Assembly: GCA_043803685.1 (NCBI GenBank)
Contig: JAZDJU010000037.1
Span: 128,001 to 192,000, forward strand
Source of the DNA: Candidatus Omnitrophota bacterium
GTDB taxonomy: Bacteria; Omnitrophota; Omnitrophia; Omnitrophales; Aquincolibacteriaceae
Length of the DNA stretch: 64,000 nucleotides
Reading direction: 5' to 3'
Under the pieces are notes generated by a model. That model did no database searches and was not told the DNA's origin. It was given only the letters and a program-made list of their open reading frames with translations. The position numbers were made by a program, and so were the translations under genes. Position 1 is the stretch's first letter; each line of letters starts with the position of its first letter. Of this stretch, positions 38,090 to 47,251 are shown piece after piece.

Positions 38090-39069
38090 ATTTTCACGCG
38101 TTCCATATCTTTGATCAAAAACAGACTCCCCAGTCCCGCAAGAACAAGCGCCAGGACGGCAAAAGGATGGGAGCCTCTTCCCAAAACCATACCCGTCAGA
38201 ACAAAAAACAAGGTCCAGCCCATCATCACGACCAGGGTCTTCCGTTTCGAATATCCTTTTTTGAGAAATCTCAACGCCATATGATCTTCGCTTTTGTTGA
38301 ACGCCGATCGACCTTTTCGAACACGCACCCATATAAGGAACAGCGTGTCCAGGATGGGGAACCCTAGCACAAGAACGGGTGTGAGAAGCGCCACCGCCCT
38401 GTCCGGCGTGGCATAGCGGCCTGTTAAACTGATCGCGGCCAGGACAAGCCCGAGAAAATGGCTCCCACTGTTGCCCATGTAAACTTGGGCCGGCGGCACG
38501 TTAAAGATCCAAAAGCCCAGCACGCTTCCTGCCAACACGCAGGAAAATCCCAAGGTCAAACTGTCCCCGCTCATACATGAAAGAACACAGAACCCGGAAA
38601 GGATCACAAGGGCGACACCGCCCGCCAAGCCGTCCATGACATCCAAAAGATTCATAGCGTTCGTGATCCCGATGATCCACAGAACAGAGATCACAAGATT
38701 CAGCGGTTCGCCCACATTGAAAAAATTCGTTCTAACGCCAAATGCTATCAGGATCGCCGCCGCGAACAGTTGCACCCAGAATTTCTGAGCCACGGACAAC
38801 TCCTTATGGTCATCAAAAATGCCGGCAACGAGCATGACGGCCGAAGCGATCAAAAGACCCATGGCTTCCCGGGAAAGACTGGAAAAAAAAGGCCCCGTTA
38901 GCAAGAGCCCCATAAGGAGCGCCAGTCCCATACTGATTCCACCGATCGAAGGAACCTCTTTGGAGGTCAAAAAAGACCAGCGCCTGGCGGCCGGCCGGAT
39001 CAACAGCAGAAACAACACGGAAAATAAAAACCCGATCCCCGCAGCCACTGCCGGACTACTCATGAGCAT
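38086..39069 (-). CDS. wecA: Polyprenyl-phosphate HexNAc-1-phosphate transferase (WecA/TagO/MraY family)
   Basis: PSIGG, GIFDD, TNAMNLLDVMDGLA, FNVPPAQVYMGNSGS, PILDT. About 10 TM helices. Confidence 0.8.
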   Translation of the reverse strand: MLMSSPAVAAGIGFLFSVLFLLLIRPAARRWSFLTSKEVPSIGGISMGLALLMGLLLTGPFFSSLSREAMGLLIASAVMLVAGIFDDHKELSVAQKFWVQLFAAAILIAFGVRTNFFNVGEPLNLVISVLWIIGITNAMNLLDVMDGLAGGVALVILSGFCVLSCMSGDSLTLGFSCVLAGSVLGFWIFNVPPAQVYMGNSGSHFLGLVLAAISLTGRYATPDRAVALLTPVLVLGFPILDTLFLIWVRVRKGRSAFNKSEDHMALRFLKKGYSKRKTLVVMMGWTLFFVLTGMVLGRGSHPFAVLALVLAGLGSLFLIKDMERVKI

Positions 39070-40222
39070 GCACTCTCCCCCCATTCCCGGTCAGTTCCTG
39101 ATAGAGCCCGGCGTGAGCTTTTATCATGGTTTGCGTGTCAAAAGTGTCGTCTATACGCCGCTTCGCGCACTGAACCATTCGCTCTCTGCGAGCAGCATCT
39201 TCTAAAAAAATGCTCGCATTTTTTAGCATAGAAGCCATGTTATGGCAAGGAACAAGAAATCCCGTTTCCCCCTCTACGATCACTTCGGAGATCCCTCCCG
39301 TATGGGTCGCCACCACCGGCACTTGACTCGCCATCGCCTCCAGGACCGCGATCGGCAATCCCTCCCAGAGGGAGGTCAGTACAAAAACATCCATCGCGGA
39401 CAAAACCCTGGGAATATCCCTTCGCCAACCCGTCAAAATGAACCGGGACCTCAAATCGAGTTCATCGATCGACCGTTCCATCTTCTCCCGGAGCACGCCA
39501 TCACCCACCCATAAGAACCAGGCGTGCGGCAAGGCCTCTTTTGCGTAGGAAGCCAATTTTATAAAATCTTCCGGAGACTTTTGGGGTTTAAAACAGGCGA
39601 TCGTTCCGATCACGACCGCATCCTCAGGGATCCCCAACTCCTTTCGAATATAAAGATCCCTTTTCTCAAACCGGGCCCGGTCAATGCCATAACGTATCAA
39701 AGCATAATGCTTCTCTGAACCGATCCCGCAACCCAGGCCCTTTTGCCTGTCGTGCTCCGAAACGACAATGATCTTGTCGGTAAATTTCGCGGTGAATTTC
39801 TCGAGTCCTCGATAAAGATTTCTGATAAACGGTTTTTGAAAATCATGGAAGGCCCAGCCGTGGACCGTGTGAAGAATGATCCTGGCGCGGACCAGGGCCC
39901 CGGCGAATCTTCCAAGAATGCCGGCTTTGGAGCTATGCGTGTGAACGATATCGATCTTGTTCCTTCGGATGAACCGGATCATTTCGATCAGAGAGAGAAT
40001 GTCTTTCAGCGGATCGATCGGCCGTTTCAAATACCGGGACCTGTGAACGACAAGACCGTCCATAGACAAAGCTTCTTCGACAAGCGGTCCTTCTTGACCG
40101 GTGAAGAGAAAAAGAGCGTAACGATCCTTGTCGATCCCCCGGATCAGGCTTAGCAACTGGGTCTGCGCACCGCCGAGTTCCAACTGGGTGATCACATAAA
40201 GGATCCGGACCTTTTGCATCAA
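39056..40222 (-). CDS. Glycosyltransferase family 4
   Basis: LGGAQ, HTHSSKAG, HTVHG, SLWEGLPIAVLEAMA. Confidence 0.9.
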   Translation of the reverse strand: MMQKVRILYVITQLELGGAQTQLLSLIRGIDKDRYALFLFTGQEGPLVEEALSMDGLVVHRSRYLKRPIDPLKDILSLIEMIRFIRRNKIDIVHTHSSKAGILGRFAGALVRARIILHTVHGWAFHDFQKPFIRNLYRGLEKFTAKFTDKIIVVSEHDRQKGLGCGIGSEKHYALIRYGIDRARFEKRDLYIRKELGIPEDAVVIGTIACFKPQKSPEDFIKLASYAKEALPHAWFLWVGDGVLREKMERSIDELDLRSRFILTGWRRDIPRVLSAMDVFVLTSLWEGLPIAVLEAMASQVPVVATHTGGISEVIVEGETGFLVPCHNMASMLKNASIFLEDAARRERMVQCAKRRIDDTFDTQTMIKAHAGLYQELTGNGGRVHAHE

Positions 40223-40299
40223 AAAACCTCTCGGAATATTGTTTCCAGAACAGTTTTCTTCAAGCGCGCCCGAGCTCGGAGGGGCGCCGTATCGGCTGG

Positions 40300-42069
40300 T
40301 TATTTACTTTCCACGCAAACGCGATTTTTTCCGGACTCTTTCGCTTTGTAGAGAGCCGCATCGGCCCGGTGCACCATGGAGTCCGGCATATTCTCGCCCG
40401 GACGAAGGGTCGCCACGCCAAGGCTCACGGTCACCGAAATTAATTTTCCTTCCCATTCGAACCTGGCTTCTTCGATCTTTTTCCGGATACGCTCCGCTAC
40501 GCTTTCGGCGGGCATAAGTCCGGCCTGGCGAAGCATGATAATGAATTCCTCTCCTCCGTAACGGGCCGCGAAATCGATCTCGCGGAAAGGCCGCCGTTTC
40601 CGGATAAAGGCAACAAGGATCGCGGCGGTCTTCTTGAGGACCATGTCACCCGCGGGATGGCCATAGGTATCGTTGATCTTTTTAAAGTTGTCGATATCGA
40701 ACAGAATGATCGATAATGCTTTTTTCCGGACATTCGCTTCGCGGGCGACCTGATTCATGATCAGGCGGAAATGACGGATCACATACAGCTCGGTCAGGCC
40801 GTCGCGCGTAGCGAGGTGAAAAAGGTGGGATTTTTCACGGGTCGCCGTAGCCTGAACATAGATCGCCGAAAAAATGAAGAGGCAGAGCATGAGAAGCGCC
40901 GGATAAACCACCGAGAACGCCAAATGCCACTTGGCGAACACCCCCAGACAGAAAACGAACCATCCCGCGACCAGCAAAAGCGCCGCGACAAGCGACCAGG
41001 CCCCGCTCAACATCACAAATAAGATCGTCGCCAAGCCGCCGATCCCCAAGAGACAAAGGACATTCCCCCAGAGGGAAACGGGACGCACCCAGTTCCCGGT
41101 CAACGCCGCGTTCAATACTTGCGCGTAGACACCGATCTTCGGGTACGCGGTGCTCAGAGGCGTGACTCCGAATTCCGCCACGCCAGGGGCGGTCACTCCG
41201 ACAAGGCAGATCTTTCCGGCGATCAGACCCGGATCGATGACCGGACGCTGTCCCTTCTGGATCGCATAAAAGCTGTGAACCAGGTCCGAATACTGGTACC
41301 GTGGAAATCCTTGGTCCCAGGCCACGCTCCAGGGAATAAGCATCTTCCCGTTGGGATCCGCGAAAGCGGCCCAATCCTGGGGTAAAGAAAGCGATCGTTT
41401 CATTTGGTCCAAGACCGCACGAACGGGAAGAAAAAGATGGCTCTCCTTCCCTTCCTTAATAAAAAGGTCAAATCTTCTCAAGGTGCCGTCTGGATCGGGG
41501 GCAAGGAAAGTGTGCCCCGTGGCCCGCGCATTTTTCTCGAACTCGGGCATCGCATGGACCCAGTCTTTCTTGCCAACCCCGGTGTCCAAAACAACGGGCA
41601 TCCCATGGATCCAGAACTTTTTTTCTTTTCGCGGCTTCAGATCGACCGGTAAATAATAAGGGGTCTCGATTTTTCCTAAAGACTGCGCCAGATCCTCATC
41701 ATTCTTGGGATCGGTGGGTTCGGACAGATCGACGTCCAGAATGATGGCCGCCGCCTTCCATTCGCTTAAAAGACGCGCGATGATCGCATGATAACTCCTG
41801 GGCCACGGCCAGGCCCCGACTTCTTCGAGAGATGTCCGCGAGATCTCGATCAGAACAATTCCCGGATGCACCTGCCCCCAGGCCACCCGCTTGAGAAAAC
41901 TATCGCGGAGAAGATCGTCAAAGCGGTCCAGCTTATGAGTGGCCAACAGGAACGCAAAAACTCCGATGATCAGGAAATAGCTTCCGAACCGGATCCAATC
42001 CTGAAACCCCCTGGACCGGGTACGCGAAAAAAGCTCCTCGGTCGCTTCAATGGGTTCATGCGGGGTCAT
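40300..42069 (-). CDS. CHASE2-sensor diguanylate cyclase
   Basis: WPWPR, DPDGTLRR, GKICLVG (CHASE2), three TM helices, DIDNFKKINDTYGH, RxxD I-site (REID) and GGEEF. Confidence 0.9.
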   Translation of the reverse strand: MTPHEPIEATEELFSRTRSRGFQDWIRFGSYFLIIGVFAFLLATHKLDRFDDLLRDSFLKRVAWGQVHPGIVLIEISRTSLEEVGAWPWPRSYHAIIARLLSEWKAAAIILDVDLSEPTDPKNDEDLAQSLGKIETPYYLPVDLKPRKEKKFWIHGMPVVLDTGVGKKDWVHAMPEFEKNARATGHTFLAPDPDGTLRRFDLFIKEGKESHLFLPVRAVLDQMKRSLSLPQDWAAFADPNGKMLIPWSVAWDQGFPRYQYSDLVHSFYAIQKGQRPVIDPGLIAGKICLVGVTAPGVAEFGVTPLSTAYPKIGVYAQVLNAALTGNWVRPVSLWGNVLCLLGIGGLATILFVMLSGAWSLVAALLLVAGWFVFCLGVFAKWHLAFSVVYPALLMLCLFIFSAIYVQATATREKSHLFHLATRDGLTELYVIRHFRLIMNQVAREANVRKKALSIILFDIDNFKKINDTYGHPAGDMVLKKTAAILVAFIRKRRPFREIDFAARYGGEEFIIMLRQAGLMPAESVAERIRKKIEEARFEWEGKLISVTVSLGVATLRPGENMPDSMVHRADAALYKAKESGKNRVCVESK

Positions 42070-42183
42070 AAGGCGGGAAATTCCCCTGCGGAAGAAAGCT
42101 GATATTTGTTACAGATGGACATCATGGAGGAAAATTCTATCGTATTTTCATCCAAAGAGCCAGCAAAGGCCGTGCCTGGGTAA

Positions 42184-42250
42184 GGCGTACAGAGTACGGC
42201 GTTGCGGCAAAAATATTTTCGCCGTACGCAACGCGCCTTGCGCCGTACAG
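42184..42250. repeat. Heptamer-repeat hairpin (GCGTACG-type arms) downstream of nrdJ
   Basis: gcgtaca gagtacg gcgttgc ... gccgtac gcaacgc gccttgc gccgtac. 7-nt period with inverted arms. Confidence 0.75.
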
Positions 42251-42252
42251 CG

Positions 42253-45200
42253 TTAGGAGCACCCCATGCTGTTGCCACAATTCAGGCATTTATAACAGGA
42301 TCCGCTTCGCACGGTGACGTGCCCGCAGTTCGTGCAAAAAGGAGCGTCGCCCATCATGTTCGAAAGATGTTCATTGGCCCCTGCGGCGGCCAGCGACGTG
42401 TTCTTTTTGACCGTACTCACCTGCGGCACCGGGTCCTTCGCGGGAGCGGACACTTCGATCGCCGGAGCCTGCGCGACGACCGAAACCGTCTTTTTATTGA
42501 CCTGGAGATCTTCCGGCGCCGGCGGGATCTGGACGAATTCGGTCATCCCGAGATATTCCATACCAAGCACGCGGAAAAGATAATCCACGATCGAGGTAGA
42601 GAGCTTGATATTCGGATGATCCACAAGTCCCTGCGGCTCAAAACGCGTGAATGTGAAAACATTCACAAATTCCTCGAGCGGCACGCCGTATTGCAGACCC
42701 AGAGAAACGGCGATCGCGAAACAATTCATCATGGAGCGGAACGCGGCGCCTTCCTTGTGCATATCAACAAAGATCTCGCCGATCGACCCGTCCGGATATT
42801 CGCCGGTCCGGAGATAGATCTTTTGTCCTCCGACGCGGGACTCCACCGTGATCCCCGCGCGTTTTTTGGGAAGACGCCTGCGCTGAAGCGCCGGAGGATG
42901 CGCGCTCTGGAGTTCGGTCTTTTTCTCACTTTTTTTGTCCGAAGCTGAATCTCCGGATTTCGTGTTGAGCGGCTGAGACAGCTTGGAACCATCCCGGTAA
43001 AGCGCCACAGCCTTCAGCCCCATTTTCCAGGCCTCGACATAGATCCTCTCGATCTCCTCAACGGTGCTTTCGTGCGGAAGGTTCACCGTTTTCGAGATGG
43101 CCCCGGAAATAAAAGGCTGCGCCGCTGCCATCATCCGGACGTGCGTCATGGGTTCGATAAAACGTTTACCGTGTTTACCGCACCGGTTCGCGCAGTCAAA
43201 CACAGGAAGATGTTCCGCCTTGAGATGCGGCGCACCTTCGACCGTCATCGTGCCACAAACCACGTTATTGGCTTCTTCGATCTCGGTCTTTGAGAATCCA
43301 AGCGCTTCGAGGACGTTGAAACGAAGATGGTTGTAATCTTCCGGCTTGAAGCCGAGCCTTTTAAGCGTATCTTCTCCGAGCGTCCATTTGGTGAAGGCGA
43401 AACTCAGATCGAAGACCGAAGGAAGCATGGCGTCGATCTTGTCCAGTTCAGGGCTTGTAAAACCTTTGGTCCCCAGGGTCGCGCGATTGATCCACGGAGT
43501 CCCTTCGAGACGCGAAGTGCCCTGGATATACTCGATGATGTCCTGGATCTCACTTTCAGAATATCCGAGCTTGTGCAGAGCTGCGGGAACACCCTGATTG
43601 ATGATCTTGAAATAACCACCGCCAGCGAGCTTTTTGAATTTCACGAGCGCAAAATCCGGCTCGATCCCGGTGGTGTCACAATCCATCAGAAGCCCGATCG
43701 TCCCGGTCGGAGCGATCACAGACACTTGCGCGTTCCGATAGCCATAAAGTTTCCCGATCTCCAGAGCCTCCTCCCAATCCTCGTGTGCCGCCACGAGAAT
43801 ATCCTGCCAGCAATGCTCCGAAGGGATCTTGTGCGCCGCCGCGCGATGCTTTTCGATCACGCGCATCATGGAGCTCGTATTCCTGGGATAATCGGAGAAC
43901 GGACTCTTCGAGGCCGCGATCTCGGCGGAAGTCCTGTACGCGTGTCCGGTCAAAACGGCCGTGAGCGCACTGCAGATCGCAGAAGCCTGCGGACTGTCGT
44001 ACGGGATTCCGCTCACCATCAGAAGACTTCCGAGATTGGCGTATCCGATTCCAAGAGGCCGGTAGACGTGACTGTTCCCGGCGATCTGTTCCGTTGGATA
44101 CGAAGCGTAATCCACCAGGATATCCATGGCCGTAATAAAAACGCGTGTCGTGTGGCGGAACCCCTCGACATCAAAGGTCCCGTCCGGCCGCAAATACTTC
44201 ATGACATTGATCGAGGCGAGATTGCATGCCGAGTCATCCAGGAACATATACTCCGAACACGGATTGGAAGCGTGGATGCGGTCGGTGTCAGCACAGGTGT
44301 GCCAGTCGTTGATCGTCGTGTCGAACTGAACACCCGGATCCGCGCACGCCCATGCGGCAAAAGCGATCTGGTCCATCATGTCCTTGGCCTGGAATGTTTC
44401 ACACACATCCCCGTTCGTCCGGAAACGCGTCTGCCATTTTCCGTCGCTGAGATAAGCGTGCATGAATTCGTCCGAAATTCTGACCGAATTATTCGAATTC
44501 TGTCCGGCAACCGTTTTATAGGCTTCTCCATTAAAGTCTGAGGGATACCCAGCAGCGATCAAGGCCGCCACTTTCTTTTCTTCGCGGACTTTCCAGTTAA
44601 TGAAATCCAGGATCTCAGGATGATCGAGGTCCAGACACACCATCTTGGCCGCCCGGCGCGTCGTCCCTCCGGATTTTGTCGCGCCCGCCCCGCGATCCAG
44701 AACTTCCAGGAACGACATGAGCCCCGAAGAAGTGCCGCCACTCGAAAGTTTTTCCTGCCGGCCACGAAGTTTTGAGAAATTCGTCCCGGTCCCGGAACCA
44801 TATTTGAAAAGGCGCGCTTCGTTCTTGAGCAGATCGAAAATGGACATCAGATTATCATCCACGGACTGGATGAAACAGGCCGAACATTGCGGATTCGAAT
44901 AAGAATCCGTAGATTCCAGGATCGTGTCCGTCGCAGAATCCCAATGGAAGTTGCCGCCACTCCCCTTGATCCCGTAAAGATCCATCCCGCAATTGAACCA
45001 TACCGGAGAATTAAAGGCGCACTTTTGATGGATCAGCAAATGAAGCATTTCTTCTTCAAAAACCTGGGCATCCGCCGGGGTCTTGAAATAGCCGCCGAGT
45101 TTTTCTCCCGCGACGCGGATCGAATGAGCGATGCGATAGACCACTTGCCGCGCGCTGACCTCGGTACCCGTTTCAGGAACACCTGCCTTCCGGAAATATT

Positions 45201-45426
45201 TGGAAACAATGATGTCGGTCGCCAGTTGGCTCCAGCTTTCAGGAACTTCCACATTTTCCATTTTAAAAACCACGGACCCATCGGGATTGGTAATAACGGA
45301 GGTGCGTTTGGCGTACTTGATCTCATCCAGCGGGGATACTCCGGCCTTCGTAAAAAACCTTCCGAATACAAGCCCTTGGCCTAGACTTTGTCCTTCCCGC
45401 AGGGATGGCAACTTTTCTGTTTTCAT
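42253..45426 (-). CDS. nrdJ: Adenosylcobalamin-dependent (class II) ribonucleotide reductase
   Basis: FNSPVWFN, QCSACFI, GGTTRRAAKM, SNPCSEY, IAPTGTI, SGAISKTVN, YRDGSK, C-terminal CTNCG...CLNCG...GCS. AAGGAG RBS. Confidence 0.95.
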   Translation of the reverse strand: MKTEKLPSLREGQSLGQGLVFGRFFTKAGVSPLDEIKYAKRTSVITNPDGSVVFKMENVEVPESWSQLATDIIVSKYFRKAGVPETGTEVSARQVVYRIAHSIRVAGEKLGGYFKTPADAQVFEEEMLHLLIHQKCAFNSPVWFNCGMDLYGIKGSGGNFHWDSATDTILESTDSYSNPQCSACFIQSVDDNLMSIFDLLKNEARLFKYGSGTGTNFSKLRGRQEKLSSGGTSSGLMSFLEVLDRGAGATKSGGTTRRAAKMVCLDLDHPEILDFINWKVREEKKVAALIAAGYPSDFNGEAYKTVAGQNSNNSVRISDEFMHAYLSDGKWQTRFRTNGDVCETFQAKDMMDQIAFAAWACADPGVQFDTTINDWHTCADTDRIHASNPCSEYMFLDDSACNLASINVMKYLRPDGTFDVEGFRHTTRVFITAMDILVDYASYPTEQIAGNSHVYRPLGIGYANLGSLLMVSGIPYDSPQASAICSALTAVLTGHAYRTSAEIAASKSPFSDYPRNTSSMMRVIEKHRAAAHKIPSEHCWQDILVAAHEDWEEALEIGKLYGYRNAQVSVIAPTGTIGLLMDCDTTGIEPDFALVKFKKLAGGGYFKIINQGVPAALHKLGYSESEIQDIIEYIQGTSRLEGTPWINRATLGTKGFTSPELDKIDAMLPSVFDLSFAFTKWTLGEDTLKRLGFKPEDYNHLRFNVLEALGFSKTEIEEANNVVCGTMTVEGAPHLKAEHLPVFDCANRCGKHGKRFIEPMTHVRMMAAAQPFISGAISKTVNLPHESTVEEIERIYVEAWKMGLKAVALYRDGSKLSQPLNTKSGDSASDKKSEKKTELQSAHPPALQRRRLPKKRAGITVESRVGGQKIYLRTGEYPDGSIGEIFVDMHKEGAAFRSMMNCFAIAVSLGLQYGVPLEEFVNVFTFTRFEPQGLVDHPNIKLSTSIVDYLFRVLGMEYLGMTEFVQIPPAPEDLQVNKKTVSVVAQAPAIEVSAPAKDPVPQVSTVKKNTSLAAAGANEHLSNMMGDAPFCTNCGHVTVRSGSCYKCLNCGNSMGCS

Positions 45427-45469
45427 AGATCTTTGCTTCTCCTTAAACTTTTTAAAAGCTTATTAAACA

Positions 45470-45516
45470 ATACTAGGTATGGTGCTTTCTGAAAGAGATG
45501 ACACTATATGTAGTGA
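45470..45516. promoter_or_regulatory. Tandem NrdR boxes upstream of nrdJ
   Basis: acactatatgtagtga (45501-45516) closely matches the consensus acaCwAtATaTwGtg. A weaker box atactaggtatggtgc (45470-45485) lies 31 nt away. Confidence 0.8.
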
Positions 45517-45783
45517 CGAGTTTGAATTTTATGGCAGGCAAGCTTTTGATACTGGGATCCTCTCGCGCGATGGAATCTCTGTTTCCCGGCTCTCTCATTT
45601 GACCGTTACAACTCACATCATCAACGGTGCGACTTGCCGGAGTCTGAAACAAAAGAAATTATTTCAAATCTTTTTTAAAAATTTTCGTCTGATCTTTAAT
45701 TTTGCGGTCAGCGAATGGGATTCTAACAAAGAAATTTTTGAAGTCAAACGCTTATTCGAATTTTTTTTAGAATTTTTTTGATT

Positions 45784-47175
45784 TTATTTGCCAATGCAGA
45801 ATTCCGCGAAGATCACGTCCAAAAGATCCTCGGAATAAACCTCTCCGGTCAATTCTTTCATGGATTCCAAGGCGGCGCGAAGGTCCGGCGTCACGCATTC
45901 CAACGACATCTCCGTTTGAAATGAACGCTCCGCGCGCTGCAGTGACTCCAGGGAGATCTCTAACGCCTTTTTATGACGAAGCTTCGTGATCTGTTCCCCG
46001 ATCTCGGAAGTGCCGCATTCCAAACAGCCCGCGATCGTTTCTTCAAGCACCTCAAACCCTTCGCGCGTCTTTGCGGAGAGCTTGATGCAGGGCCGGCCCC
46101 CCAAAAGAACCGCCATCTCCTCGGCTCCCACCTTCGAGGAAAGATCGGACTTGTTCACAAGCGCGATCACCGGCTTGTTTTGAGGGATTTGTCGCAGAAT
46201 ATGGCGATCGACCGTCTCGAGAGGCGCGGAACCATCGATCACATAAAGCACGACATGACTTTCTTGCAACGTTCCAAGCGTACGATCCATGCCCATTTGA
46301 TCCAGGGGATTTCCAGGCGCGGACGTCAACCCCGCCGTGTCCCGAAGCCGGACATAAAAACCGCGGATCTCAAGAGCTTCTTCCAAATGATCGCGCGTCG
46401 TGTGTGGAAGATCAGAAACAAGCGCGCGGTCACGCTCAAGCAGCGCGTTAAAAAGCGAGGACTTCCCGACATTAGGTTTTCCCGCGAGCGTCACGAGCAG
46501 TCCTTCGCGGATCAACTGATTGCGCTCAAAGCCCGTAATGAGCGACCGGATCTTCGCTTGAACGTTCGCGAATTGCTCCCGGAAGCTCGCTTTCGTCTGA
46601 GCTTCAAGATCTTCCTCCGGGAAATCAAGATGCGCTTCCATGTGGGCCAAAAGCCGCACTAGAGCATCTTTTAATTCTTTAAGCGTACGGGAAAGAGATC
46701 CGGAGAGTTGACGAATGGCGACATCCAGTGACCGTTCGCTTCTGGCATGGATCAGATCCAGCACCGCCTCAGCCTGCGTCAGATCGAGTTTTCCATTCAG
46801 GAAAGCGCGGCGTGTGAATTCTCCGGGCTCCGCGTGGCGAACGCCTTTCCCGAGAAAAACTCCCAGGATCTTTCGGGTGACCGCAAGCCCGCCGTGACAG
46901 CTGATCTCGATCACGTCCTGTCCGGTATAGGACCGCGGAGCGCGAAAACAACTCACAAGCACCTGATCCACAAGATGTCCGGAGGGATCGGTGAATTTTC
47001 CCCAACGGATCGTGTTAGCGGGCATCTCTTTCAAGGTTCCGCGTTCTGAAGAAACAAAGAACGGCTCGACCGCTTCCATCGCCCCGGGACCGCTCACGCG
47101 GATCACCGCAAGCCCGCCTTCTCCGGCCGGTGTTGCAACCGCCGCGATCGTGTCATCTAATTCGAATTTAGACAT
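45784..47175 (-). CDS. mnmE: tRNA modification GTPase MnmE/TrmE
   Basis: DTIAAVAT, SYTGQDVIEISCHG, GEFTRRAFLNGK, GKPNVGKSS, DTAG, NKSD, C-terminal FCIGK. Confidence 0.96.
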   Translation of the reverse strand: MSKFELDDTIAAVATPAGEGGLAVIRVSGPGAMEAVEPFFVSSERGTLKEMPANTIRWGKFTDPSGHLVDQVLVSCFRAPRSYTGQDVIEISCHGGLAVTRKILGVFLGKGVRHAEPGEFTRRAFLNGKLDLTQAEAVLDLIHARSERSLDVAIRQLSGSLSRTLKELKDALVRLLAHMEAHLDFPEEDLEAQTKASFREQFANVQAKIRSLITGFERNQLIREGLLVTLAGKPNVGKSSLFNALLERDRALVSDLPHTTRDHLEEALEIRGFYVRLRDTAGLTSAPGNPLDQMGMDRTLGTLQESHVVLYVIDGSAPLETVDRHILRQIPQNKPVIALVNKSDLSSKVGAEEMAVLLGGRPCIKLSAKTREGFEVLEETIAGCLECGTSEIGEQITKLRHKKALEISLESLQRAERSFQTEMSLECVTPDLRAALESMKELTGEVYSEDLLDVIFAEFCIGK

Positions 47176-47185
47176 ATTTTAAAAA

Positions 47186-47251
47186 CCGTACCACACACCA
47201 CGAACCACGGGCAATGTAAAAGCGTGGCTCGTGGCCCTTGGACCGTGGCCC
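47186..47251. repeat. Heptamer-repeat hairpin (CCACG/CGTGG arms) between folC and mnmE
   Basis: ccacaca ccacgaa ccacggg ... gtggctc gtggccc ttggacc gtggccc. Confidence 0.8.

Noticed and set aside
43327..44541. 404-aa plus-strand ORF
   Set aside because: Antisense shadow of nrdJ.
42253..45426. Intein or intron in nrdJ
   Set aside because: The frame is continuous and I saw no splice-junction or LAGLIDADG motifs.
45479..45781. 100-aa ORF, or oriC, in the AT-rich gap next to mnmE
   Set aside because: The ORF is low-complexity and overlaps the NrdR boxes. No cluster of DnaA boxes (TTATCCACA) was seen.
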